Of a stretch of DNA of 64,000 bases, positions 19,429 to 27,504 are shown in pieces. This DNA is from Prevotellaceae bacterium UBA1075. Lineage in GTDB: Bacteria; Bacteroidota; Bacteroidia; Bacteroidales; Bacteroidaceae. The DNA is taken from NCBI GenBank assembly GCA_002316015.1, contig DCCS01000032.1, positions 208,234-272,233 on the forward strand, read 5' to 3'. The position numbers and the translations under genes are program-made. Below the pieces are notes generated by a model. The model had not been told where the DNA came from. It did not search any database and saw only the letters and a list, made by a program, of their open reading frames with translations. Position 1 is the first letter of the stretch. Each line of letters starts with the position of its first letter.

Positions 19429-20382
19429 TTAATAAACAAGTCTTACGTTGTCAATCCACAGTGTGTTTCCCACTGTGCCCACATAAGCCCCACCGTGACT
19501 GCTGTCAAACTTCACCACGATATGTGTGGGTGTGGTGTCGGCGTCGGCCCATCCTTCTTCTGTCACGGGAACCAGTTTGCCTTTGCTGTTCTTGGCATAG
19601 AACACGCGGTCGCCTGTTATCAGCCCCATCCAGTTTTGGAAGAAACTCTTGTGGCGGATGTCACCATAATGTATGGTAAAAGCCTTGTTCTCGACCCACC
19701 CTTGGGTGTTCTCGCTGAAACGGTGACGCATGGTGCCCACCCTCAAGGCATGGATATTTCCCTCATCGTCCTCCCATCGCTTCTGCAGCAGGCACATGCA
19801 CTCGCCCATGTCCTTGCCTGGAACCACTTTCTTCTTGCTGAAGCCTGTCTCGCGGATGCGGTTGGCGTTTCCCGGGGTATAGTACTTGTAGTCAAACTTG
19901 AGAGCCTTCGGACGCTTGCTGAAGGGCATCCCGATGCTCATCTTGGCCATTGGGTTGGAACTGCTGGTGATGGGCTCTTCCATTGTGCCTGTGTAGATGC
20001 TTCCTGCCGCCAGCACGCTGATATTGATGATGCCTATGGCTTTGCACTTGACGATATGGGTGGTCAGTTTCACGCACTTGCCGTGACCGGGATGGTTGTC
20101 GGGATACACACTCACGTTGGTTTTCACCACTCCTGCCACCTTGGCGTACACGTTGCTGTTGGCCCATGGGCAATTGCCCTGGTTGGTGAAGGCACGCTGT
20201 CCGTCAAACCTCCCCTTAGGCCCCACCTCATAGAGTGTCTGCCGCTTTCCACCCACCAGGATGCTCTCGCGTATGTCACGTGTTATCCAGGTGTCGAAGT
20301 TGCCATACTTGATCATCTCGTCCTCGGCCGACACGCTGGATGCCAGTATGGCCATGGCGCACGCAATGAATGTCTTCTTCAT
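19429..20382 (-). CDS. Secreted PCMD-domain-like protein (putative carbohydrate metabolism domain)
   Basis: The start was trimmed to MKKTFIACAMAILASSVSA (signal peptide). It contains IKYGNFDTW and PWANSN motifs and ends in the C-terminal GNTLWIDNVRLVY. The family assignment is from memory of PF13201-like proteins and is not verified. Confidence 0.6.
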   Translation of the reverse strand: MKKTFIACAMAILASSVSAEDEMIKYGNFDTWITRDIRESILVGGKRQTLYEVGPKGRFDGQRAFTNQGNCPWANSNVYAKVAGVVKTNVSVYPDNHPGHGKCVKLTTHIVKCKAIGIINISVLAAGSIYTGTMEEPITSSSNPMAKMSIGMPFSKRPKALKFDYKYYTPGNANRIRETGFSKKKVVPGKDMGECMCLLQKRWEDDEGNIHALRVGTMRHRFSENTQGWVENKAFTIHYGDIRHKSFFQNWMGLITGDRVFYAKNSKGKLVPVTEEGWADADTTPTHIVVKFDSSHGGAYVGTVGNTLWIDNVRLVY

Positions 20383-20444
20383 TTCTTGTTTTATATGTTT
20401 CTGTTGTTGTATTCTTGAGCCGGACGCAGGAGTGCCCTGAGGGT

Positions 20445-21725
20445 TCAGAACGCCTCGTTCAGGTTGAATTCCACGCCTGGCTTGTTCTTGGTCAGGCCAA
20501 AGTCCACACGCAGGTTCACATGCTTCTTGAACTCCCACCGGAAACCGATGCCCGCATTGGGCAGAATCTGTTTGAAGTAGATGTTCTTGAAGTCGGGAAA
20601 CACGTTGGACGCTCCTGCAAAGACCACCATGCCAAACCTCTTGTGCAGGTGCTGGCGCAGTTCCACCTGTCCCTCGATGATGTTCTTGTCACGGTAACGC
20701 CCCTCATAGTAGCCGCGCATGTGGCTTCCCTCGCCCACCATGGCCAGCATGGTCCAGGGCACCTTGTCGCCGTAGTTGAACATGCCGTGCAACTCCATGG
20801 CCAGCACGCTGCCCTTCCACCCCTTGCGGTAAGCCGAGTAGGTGGCCTCGGTGCGCATGAAGCGGCTTCCCTTGCTCAGTTCGGGGTAGAACATCTGCAA
20901 TACGCGCAGATAGTTGCCCCGTGTGGCGTTGGTGGCTATGTCACGGCTGTCATACTGCATCACCGCGCCTATGCCGGTTGACAGGATGCTCTTTGCCTGG
21001 CCGTTGAGCAGGTCGGGGCGTTCCATGTCGCGTGCGTTGATGTTGTTGACCTCCACTTGCGGGCCCAAGTAGAAGTTGTCGGCCACGCGGAACAGATAGT
21101 CGCCACGGAAATAGAGCTGCAGTGCGTCGTAGTCACTCTTCTGCTCGTTTCTGATGCCATTGCTATAGCCTATACCCCAGAAGTCCGTGGGCTGACGCTT
21201 GAAGCGCGCCTTGTAGGTCCATCGCTGTGCGTCGTGCTTCATATAGTTGTTGCCGTTGAGCGTGAGCAGGTACATGCCTGTGATGTATACCGAGAAGAAG
21301 GCGTTGATATTGCTTCGCTGCAGCAGGGAGTCGCTCCGGTCCCATGAGTAGAGTCCGCTCACGCCACCCCCGATGCCCAGACTTGTAGTCTGGTTGTAGG
21401 AAGGGCCTGCCAGGATGCCCCAGTCAAACCGCTTGTTCTTTCCCTTGTTGCTCTCCTTGAAATACCGCTTCAGCCGCCAGCCGAAGCGGTGCGTCTTCTT
21501 GCTCATCAGTTCCAGCGCGCCCCCCTTGAGCAGCAGGCTGTTCAGTTGGTACAGGGTACTGTCGTTTGCGGAAGTGGCATGCGTGGTGTCGGCTTCGCGG
21601 CTGGTGCGGTTGCACGTCCCGATGGCCACGCTGGCCGCGCCTTTTTCATTGCTGTTTGCTGCCAGTGTGCCCAGGCCGACTGAGGCCATTATGGCGCACG
21701 CCATGATGTTCTTTCTCGTTATCAC
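20445..21725 (-). CDS. Omp85/BamA-TamA family outer-membrane beta-barrel protein (no obvious POTRA repeats)
   Basis: 426 aa with a signal peptide. It is rich in G/Y/F beta-strands and has a C-terminal GIGFRWEF...LRVDFGLT...EFNLNEAF barrel terminus. The track start at 21725 is a GTG; the alternative ATG is at 21704. Confidence 0.75.
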   Translation of the reverse strand: MITRKNIMACAIMASVGLGTLAANSNEKGAASVAIGTCNRTSREADTTHATSANDSTLYQLNSLLLKGGALELMSKKTHRFGWRLKRYFKESNKGKNKRFDWGILAGPSYNQTTSLGIGGGVSGLYSWDRSDSLLQRSNINAFFSVYITGMYLLTLNGNNYMKHDAQRWTYKARFKRQPTDFWGIGYSNGIRNEQKSDYDALQLYFRGDYLFRVADNFYLGPQVEVNNINARDMERPDLLNGQAKSILSTGIGAVMQYDSRDIATNATRGNYLRVLQMFYPELSKGSRFMRTEATYSAYRKGWKGSVLAMELHGMFNYGDKVPWTMLAMVGEGSHMRGYYEGRYRDKNIIEGQVELRQHLHKRFGMVVFAGASNVFPDFKNIYFKQILPNAGIGFRWEFKKHVNLRVDFGLTKNKPGVEFNLNEAF

Positions 21726-21730
21726 GGCTG

Positions 21731-21738
21731 CAAAGTTA
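21731..21738 (-). promoter_or_regulatory. -7 box TAACTTTG (minus) upstream of the Omp85-like gene
   Basis: Plus strand reads caaagtta, 5 nt upstream of the GTG at 21725 and 26 nt upstream of the ATG at 21704. Confidence 0.45.
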
Positions 21739-21781
21739 CTGAAAAATCAAACGAGCCATTGTCCGAAAAGGGAATTATGAC

Positions 21782-21789
21782 TATTTTTG
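21782..21789 (+). promoter_or_regulatory. -7 box TATTTTTG upstream of fbp
   Basis: Exact TAnnTTTG match 47 nt upstream of the ATG at 21837. Confidence 0.5.
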
Positions 21790-21836
21790 CAGGAAATTAT
21801 GGTACGCACACATCCTTGTGAAAGTTTCCTGGACAC

Positions 21837-23864
21837 ATGAAGGACAAGTGCTGCCCAACATATACAGTCATGTTTACAGAAGAAAAGATAGCCCCTGCCG
21901 ACCTCAGGATGCTGGAGATTCTCTCGCAGATGTTCCCGGACGCGGACAGCGCGAGCACCGAGATTATCAACCTCGAGGCCATTCTCAATCTGCCCAAGGG
22001 CACGGAGCACTTCGTGGCCGACATCCATGGTGAGCACGAGGCGTTCCTACATATTCTGCGCAATGCCAGTGGGAACATCAAGCGCAAGGTCACCGAACTC
22101 TTTGGCAACATGCTCACTCCCGCACAGATAAGGGAATTATGCACGCTCATCTACTATCCTGAGCGCAGGCTGGAGATGCTCGCCGAGGACACGCCCGAGC
22201 AAGACCTCAACGAGTATTACGCGTGCACGCTCTTCCAGTTGGTGCAGGTGTGCCAGTCAGTGACCAGCAAGTACACCCGCAGCAAGGTGCGCAAGGCTCT
22301 GCCCAGGCAGTTTGCCTACATCATCGAGGAAATGCTGCACGAGAGCCCTAATGACGATGACAAGGAAGCCTACTTCCACTGCATCATCGAGAGCATCATC
22401 CAGACAGGGCAGGCGCAGAGCTTCATCATCGCCATTTGTTCGGTCATCCAGCGCCTGAGCATAGACCAGCTGCACATCCTGGGCGATGTGTTCGACCGTG
22501 GCCCGGGCGCGCACATCATCATGGACTACCTGATGGAGCGTGACAACTTCGACATACAGTGGGGCAACCATGATGCCCTGTGGATGGGCGCCGCTGCAGG
22601 CAACGACTGCTGCATAGCCAATGTAATCAGGATCTCCCTGCGCTACTCCAACATGGCCACGCTGGAGGACGGCTATGGCATCAACCTGGTGCCGCTGGCC
22701 ACGCTGGCTATGGACGTGTACGGCGATGACCCGTGCGAGGAGTTCCTGCCCATAGTGGCCGAAGGGCAAGTGCCGCTGGGAATGAAGAACCGCATGCTCA
22801 CGGCGCGCATGCACAAGGCCATCGCGGTCATACAGTTCAAACTTGAGGCCCAGATGCGGAAGCGTCACCCCGAATGGCAGATGCACAGCCCGTTTGGGCT
22901 GGAGAATATCGATTTCGCACAAAAGGCGTGTGTGCTGGACGGGAAAGCCTACCTGCTCAAGGACAGCAACCTGCCCACTGTGTCGCCCGGCTCCCCCACG
23001 GCACTCACCAATGCCGAGGCCGAACTGGTGCGCAGGCTGCGCCACTCGTTCCTTATATCGGAGAAACTGCAGAAGCACATCCAGTTGCTCTTCTCGCACG
23101 GATGCCTATATAATATATGTAATGGGAACCTTCTCTTCCACGCCTCCGTGCCCATGAATGCCGACGGCACGCTCAAGGAGGTGGAATTGTGCGGGCAGAG
23201 GTACAGCGGCCGCGCGCTCATGCACCACATAGGCATGTACATGCGCTCGGCTTTCCAGCCCGACACGCCCAAGGCAGAGCGCAACAATGCCCGCGACTAC
23301 TTCTGGTACTTGTGGTGCGGAAAAGACTCGCCTCTCTTTGACAAAGACCACATGACCACCTTTGAGCGGTATATGCTGGCCGACAAGAGCACCTATCACG
23401 AGGAGAAGGGCTGGTACTACACCCTGCGCGAGCAGCCCGAGGTGTGCGACCGTATCCTGGATGCTTTCGGCGTGCAGGGCGACAACCGGCACATCATCAA
23501 CGGGCATGTGCCGGTACACGCGAGCCAGGGTGAGAACCCCATCAAGGCCGGAGGGAAACTGATGGTCATCGACGGAGGCTTTGCCAAGGCTTACCACAAC
23601 ACCACGGGCATTGCCGGCTACACGCTCGTGTACCACAGCCGGGGATTCCAACTCATACAGCACGAGCCGTTCACCAGCACCCGCGACGCAATCCTCAGGC
23701 AGACCGACATCAAGAGCAGCACCCAGATAGTGGAAATGAGCGGGCGGCGCCTGCGCGTGAAGGACACCGACAAGGGAAAGCTGCTGCAGACACAAATCGA
23801 CGAGTTGCGCCAGTTGCTCTATGCCTACAGGCACGGCATGCTGAAGGAGAATTCCAAGAGGTAG
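21837..23864 (+). CDS. fbp: Fructose-1,6-bisphosphatase class 3
   Basis: 675 aa. Carries the FBPase class 3 hallmark ASTEIINLEAILNLPKGTEHFVADIHGEHEAF and the metallophosphoesterase motifs GDVFDRGP and GNHD. An alternative start is at 21870 (MFTEEK). Confidence 0.93.
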   Translation: MKDKCCPTYTVMFTEEKIAPADLRMLEILSQMFPDADSASTEIINLEAILNLPKGTEHFVADIHGEHEAFLHILRNASGNIKRKVTELFGNMLTPAQIRELCTLIYYPERRLEMLAEDTPEQDLNEYYACTLFQLVQVCQSVTSKYTRSKVRKALPRQFAYIIEEMLHESPNDDDKEAYFHCIIESIIQTGQAQSFIIAICSVIQRLSIDQLHILGDVFDRGPGAHIIMDYLMERDNFDIQWGNHDALWMGAAAGNDCCIANVIRISLRYSNMATLEDGYGINLVPLATLAMDVYGDDPCEEFLPIVAEGQVPLGMKNRMLTARMHKAIAVIQFKLEAQMRKRHPEWQMHSPFGLENIDFAQKACVLDGKAYLLKDSNLPTVSPGSPTALTNAEAELVRRLRHSFLISEKLQKHIQLLFSHGCLYNICNGNLLFHASVPMNADGTLKEVELCGQRYSGRALMHHIGMYMRSAFQPDTPKAERNNARDYFWYLWCGKDSPLFDKDHMTTFERYMLADKSTYHEEKGWYYTLREQPEVCDRILDAFGVQGDNRHIINGHVPVHASQGENPIKAGGKLMVIDGGFAKAYHNTTGIAGYTLVYHSRGFQLIQHEPFTSTRDAILRQTDIKSSTQIVEMSGRRLRVKDTDKGKLLQTQIDELRQLLYAYRHGMLKENSKR

Positions 23865-23897
23865 GCAACACACGACCATCCCCCCACACACAACGAC

Positions 23898-24779
23898 ATG
23901 AGACTGATAAAGATGGCTGGCGGACTGGGCAACCAGATGTTCATATACGCCATGTACCTGGGCATGCGAAAGCGCTTCGGCGACAGTGTGCGCATTGATA
24001 TTACCGACCTCAAGCATCGCCACACGCACAACGGCTACGAGTTGAACAGGATATTCCGCATCCTGCCATGTGAGTTCTGCACCAGTTGGATTGTGGAGAA
24101 GATACTCGAGGGAACCATCTTCCGCATCATACTCGAGCGTCACCAGCATGGCTGCATGGACGCCTACCTCAAGCCCATGCGCTGGCCGTTCATCTATTAC
24201 AAGGGCTTTTACCAGAACGAGCGCTACTTCCTGGATGTCGAGGACGAGGTGCGCGAGGCGTTTACCTTTGACGAGAACATAATCAGCGACAGGACTCGCC
24301 TCTGCCTCGAACACCTGCGGCGCGACCCAAAGGCGGTGTCGATACATGTGCGCCGGGGGGACTACACCCAGCCCAAGTACTGGCTTCCGATGGGCCAGTA
24401 TGCCAGCACGGCTTATTTTCTGAACGCCATCGAGAGCATGAGCATACTGATGCCCGGGGCACATTATTACGTGTTCTCTGATGACCTGCAGTGGGTGCGC
24501 GACAACCTTCCGCTGGAGAATGCCAACTTTGTGGACTGGAACACGGGCGCGGACAGTTGGCAGGACATGATGCTCATGAGCAACTGCCGGCACAACATCA
24601 TATCCAACAGCACCTTCTCCTGGTGGGCGGCATGGCTCAACGGATACTCCGAGAAGATTGTGATGGCGCCTCGCCAGTGGAGCGCCACGCAGCCCGCCAC
24701 CGACCTGGTTCCTGCCTCGTGGCTTCTCATCGAGAACGTGCCCACCAGGGACACTCCCACCGAGGGCGCGCAGGAATAG
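23898..24779 (+). CDS. Alpha-1,2-fucosyltransferase (glycosyltransferase family 11)
   Basis: 293 aa. The N-terminus is GGLGNQMFIYA, followed by HVRRGDY and then the SNSTFSWWAAWL motif characteristic of GT11. Confidence 0.85.
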   Translation: MRLIKMAGGLGNQMFIYAMYLGMRKRFGDSVRIDITDLKHRHTHNGYELNRIFRILPCEFCTSWIVEKILEGTIFRIILERHQHGCMDAYLKPMRWPFIYYKGFYQNERYFLDVEDEVREAFTFDENIISDRTRLCLEHLRRDPKAVSIHVRRGDYTQPKYWLPMGQYASTAYFLNAIESMSILMPGAHYYVFSDDLQWVRDNLPLENANFVDWNTGADSWQDMMLMSNCRHNIISNSTFSWWAAWLNGYSEKIVMAPRQWSATQPATDLVPASWLLIENVPTRDTPTEGAQE

Positions 24780-24818
24780 GCTGGCGCGATCCCGACCGCC
24801 CGGCTGCTGTGGGCGCAG

Positions 24819-24991
24819 AAAAAAGCCCCTCCGCCTTTCACAAGGCAGGGGGCCAATCTTCAATCATTATTACGCTTTCACATAAATCGTTCTTCCGTTT
24901 CCTCGCCTTGCCGCCTCCGGCTCCGGGCGGACTGCTTTCGGGCGCTCCGTAACCATACATGACAATGCCGCGCCGGGGTGCTGCCCCTGTC
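24819..24991 (-). ncRNA. Candidate small RNA or micro-ORF transcript (about 170 nt) between an orphan -7 box and an intrinsic terminator
   Basis: It is bounded by the minus-strand TACCTTTG box at 24998-25005 and the terminator at 24825-24853 plus its U tract. Internal helices are possible (GGCGC...GCGCC, CCGCC...GGCGG). It also contains a 40-codon ORF, MYGYGAPESSPPGAGGGKARKRKNDLCESVIMIEDWPPAL. No match to any RNA family I can recognise by eye. Confidence 0.3.
24825..24853 (-). terminator. Intrinsic terminator oriented for minus-strand transcription
   Basis: On the minus strand the sequence is GCCCCCUGCCUU-GUGA-AAGGCGGAGGGGC (two 5-bp GC-rich helices with a small internal loop), followed by UUUUUU (plus-strand A6 at 24819-24824). 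No annotated minus-strand gene ends here. Confidence 0.5.
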
Positions 24992-24997
24992 GCGATG

Positions 24998-25005
24998 CAA
25001 AGGTA
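24998..25005 (-). promoter_or_regulatory. Orphan -7 box TACCTTTG (minus strand)
   Basis: Plus strand reads caaaggta. It points away from the downstream SLC13 gene and toward the 24825-24853 terminator. The nearest upstream TTTG is 27 nt away, which is longer than the usual spacing to a -33 element. Confidence 0.35.
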
Positions 25006-25307
25006 CGGACTTGTCCGCATGGCGGCAATACCCAAAAATGATGGTTTCCCTCTACCGGCATGGCGGCATTTCCGGCACGGCCACGGCCTCCCCTATGGGG
25101 AGAATGTGCCCTGTCCGGGCCTTTTGCTGCGCGTTATGTGGCCGTGCCTGCCTGCCTTTGCGAAAATTGCCTTAACTTTACACACGCTAACCGCCACCCT
25201 GCCACACCAAACGCCCATAGGCAGGCGCCTGGGACGAGGCATTGCCACACTTCGCCTGGCGTGCGGGCACGCGGTTTGATGTCTCATCACATTTCGAGTC
25301 GTCACTT

Positions 25308-27212
25308 ATGACCACCACGCTCATCATCCTGGCCCTCACCGTGGGCCTGTTCGTCTGGGGGCGCGTGCGCTCCGACATCGTTGCGCTGTGTGCCCTGGCA
25401 GCCCTGCTGGCCCTGGGAATCCTCACGCCCGCCGAGGCTCTTGCCGGCTTCTCGTCCCCCATTGTGGCGATGATGGCGGGGCTCTTCGTGGTGGGTGGGG
25501 CCATACTGCAGACCGGGCTTGCCCGCAGCATCGGGCAGCGTCTGATGTCTCTCGCGCGCGGCAGCGAGACCCTCACCTTCCTGCTCCTCATGCTGGTCAC
25601 CTCGGTTATCGGCGCCTTTATAAGCAACACGGGCACGGTCGCGCTCATGATGCCCATCGTGGTGAGCATGGCGGCACAGGCTGGATTCCAGTCCTCGCGC
25701 ATGCTCATGCCGCTGGCCTTCGCAGGCAGCCTGGGTGGCATGCTCACCCTCATAGGCACACCGCCCAACCTGGTCATCGACGAGACCCTGCGCGAGGCTG
25801 GCTACCGGGGGCTGTCCTTTTTCTCATTCCTGCCCGTTGGCATGGTGTGCATCCTGGTGGGCACGCTGGTGCTGCTGCCTCTGAGCAGGTGGTTCCTGGT
25901 GCGCGGGGAACATCGCCGTACAGGCTCCGGCCCGGTCATGCCCGCAGCCACCGGCGGCACACAGCCTGAGGGACGGGAGCCCACGGGCAGGCGCGGGGGG
26001 AAGCCACGCCTGAAATCGCCCGCCGACCTGGCACGCGAGTATGACATAGACAGGCACATACGCCGCTACCGAGTGGGCAGCGGGTCGCCCGCCATAGGGC
26101 GCAAGGTGGGCGGAATGAGGCTGCAGGAAGTCTATGGGGTGTCAATCGTGGAGATACGCAGCGAGCGTATGGGCCGTCTGTCCCTGCTCAAGGATGTGCG
26201 GCAGAACATGGCCACAGCCAACAGCGTCCTGCATGAGGGCGACATCCTGTATGTTACAGGTGAGTCCGGTGGGATGGACTGCATGGAGCACGACTTGCGG
26301 CTCACCGGGCAGGAGGACAACGCGCTGCATTTCTATGACCTGGGGCTGGTGGAGCTCATCGTGACACCAGAGTCGGAGATCAACGGCATGAAGATACGCG
26401 AGGCGCAGCTCAGAAAGAAGTACGGAATCAATGTCCTGGCCATGCGAAACGGCAAAAGTTACCGGTCGGGGCGGCTTGCGGAGGCCAAACTGGAGACGGG
26501 CGACGTGCTGCTGGCGCAGGGCAAGTGGAACGACATACTCCGCCTCAATGACGAGAGTGACAACTGGGTGGTGCTTGGACACCCCGAACAGGCCCTTCGC
26601 CATGTCACCCTCGACTACAAGGCTCCGCTGGCTGCAGCCATCATGCTGGGCATGGTGGTCATGATGGTGCTCGACACCATTCCCGCCGCGCCTGTCACTG
26701 CAGTCATCATGGCAGGCTTGCTCACCGTGCTCACAGGCTGCCACCGCAGCGTGGAGTCGGCCTATAAGACCATCCATTGGGAGAGCGTCGTGCTTATTGC
26801 CGCCATGATGCCCATGTCCACCGCGCTGGAGAAGACGGGAGTGTCCCAGGCCGTCTCCACGGCACTGGTCAGTTCGCTGGGCAGTATGGGCCCCACAGCC
26901 TTGCTGGCTGGACTGTACCTCACCACCTCGGTGCTCACCATGTTTATCAGCAACACCGCCACAGCCGTGCTCATGGCGCCCATAGCCATGGTGGCCGCCG
27001 CCAGGTGCGGGGTGAGCCCTTATGCCTTCCTCTTCGCCGTGACCCTGGGAGCCAGCATGTGCTTCGCCTCGCCCTTCTCCACGCCCCCGAACGCCCTGGT
27101 GATGAAGGCAGGCAACTACACATTCGCCGATTACGTGAAGGTCGGCCTGCCTCTGCAGGTCATCATCGGTGTTGTCATGGTGCTGTTGCTGCCCTGCCTG
27201 TTCCCCTTCTGA
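25308..27212 (+). CDS. SLC13/DASS-family permease with central TrkA-C (RCK_C) domains
   Basis: The start was trimmed to MTTTLIILALTVGLFVWG. Hydrophobic halves flank a soluble middle containing two RCK_C-like segments (VGSGSPAIGRKVGGMRLQE...; NGMKIREAQLRKKYGINVLAM...). There is also a low-complexity insert, RRTGSGPVMPAATGGTQPEGREPTGRRGGKPR. Confidence 0.85.
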   Translation: MTTTLIILALTVGLFVWGRVRSDIVALCALAALLALGILTPAEALAGFSSPIVAMMAGLFVVGGAILQTGLARSIGQRLMSLARGSETLTFLLLMLVTSVIGAFISNTGTVALMMPIVVSMAAQAGFQSSRMLMPLAFAGSLGGMLTLIGTPPNLVIDETLREAGYRGLSFFSFLPVGMVCILVGTLVLLPLSRWFLVRGEHRRTGSGPVMPAATGGTQPEGREPTGRRGGKPRLKSPADLAREYDIDRHIRRYRVGSGSPAIGRKVGGMRLQEVYGVSIVEIRSERMGRLSLLKDVRQNMATANSVLHEGDILYVTGESGGMDCMEHDLRLTGQEDNALHFYDLGLVELIVTPESEINGMKIREAQLRKKYGINVLAMRNGKSYRSGRLAEAKLETGDVLLAQGKWNDILRLNDESDNWVVLGHPEQALRHVTLDYKAPLAAAIMLGMVVMMVLDTIPAAPVTAVIMAGLLTVLTGCHRSVESAYKTIHWESVVLIAAMMPMSTALEKTGVSQAVSTALVSSLGSMGPTALLAGLYLTTSVLTMFISNTATAVLMAPIAMVAAARCGVSPYAFLFAVTLGASMCFASPFSTPPNALVMKAGNYTFADYVKVGLPLQVIIGVVMVLLLPCLFPF

Positions 27213-27276
27213 AGGGGGGCAAGACCTCGCCGGAACTGACGCCGGATGACAGGCCCATGCAAATGCGTGGCCCGAC

Positions 27277-27355
27277 GCAGTGCGCCGCGATGGCTATCGC
27301 AGCCGCATGCGATGGCGATCGCGGCGCACTGCAATCGCCACCGCAGCGGCATGCG
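27277..27355. repeat. Mosaic of about four 22-bp-family repeat units, including a perfect 15-bp inverted repeat
   Basis: GCAGTGCGCCGCGAT (27277-27291) is the exact reverse complement of ATCGCGGCGCACTGC (27318-27332). The 26-nt loop holds a nested ATCGCA/TGCGAT pair. The following GCAGCGGCATGCG (27343-27355) is identical to the first 13 nt of the 48436 repeat unit. Confidence 0.8.
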
Positions 27356-27459
27356 TTTTTTCCCCCATGGTGGTGTCCATTTGAGGACAACGGGCCACAA
27401 AGGCATGGGGGGGACATACCTTTAGCCCTTGTGCGTTTACATATTTTAAGAAAAAGCCG

Positions 27460-27467
27460 TACCTTTG
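27460..27467 (+). promoter_or_regulatory. -7 box TACCTTTG upstream of the SulP permease gene
   Basis: Exact TAnnTTTG match 37 nt upstream of the ATG at 27505. Confidence 0.5.
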
Positions 27468-27504
27468 CAGGCCGTAAGACTTAATCAAAATCCGACAGTC
27501 CTTG

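Noticed and set aside
24838-25035. A 65-aa minus-strand ORF (MGIAAMRTSPYLCIATGAAPRRG...) and neighbouring 60-106-aa ORFs in the fucosyltransferase/SLC13 spacer.
   Set aside because: The 65-aa ORF starts upstream of the only promoter-like box, and all of them have GC-rich shadow-ORF composition. Only the shorter 40-codon frame downstream of the box is retained, as a low-confidence alternative under the sRNA candidate.
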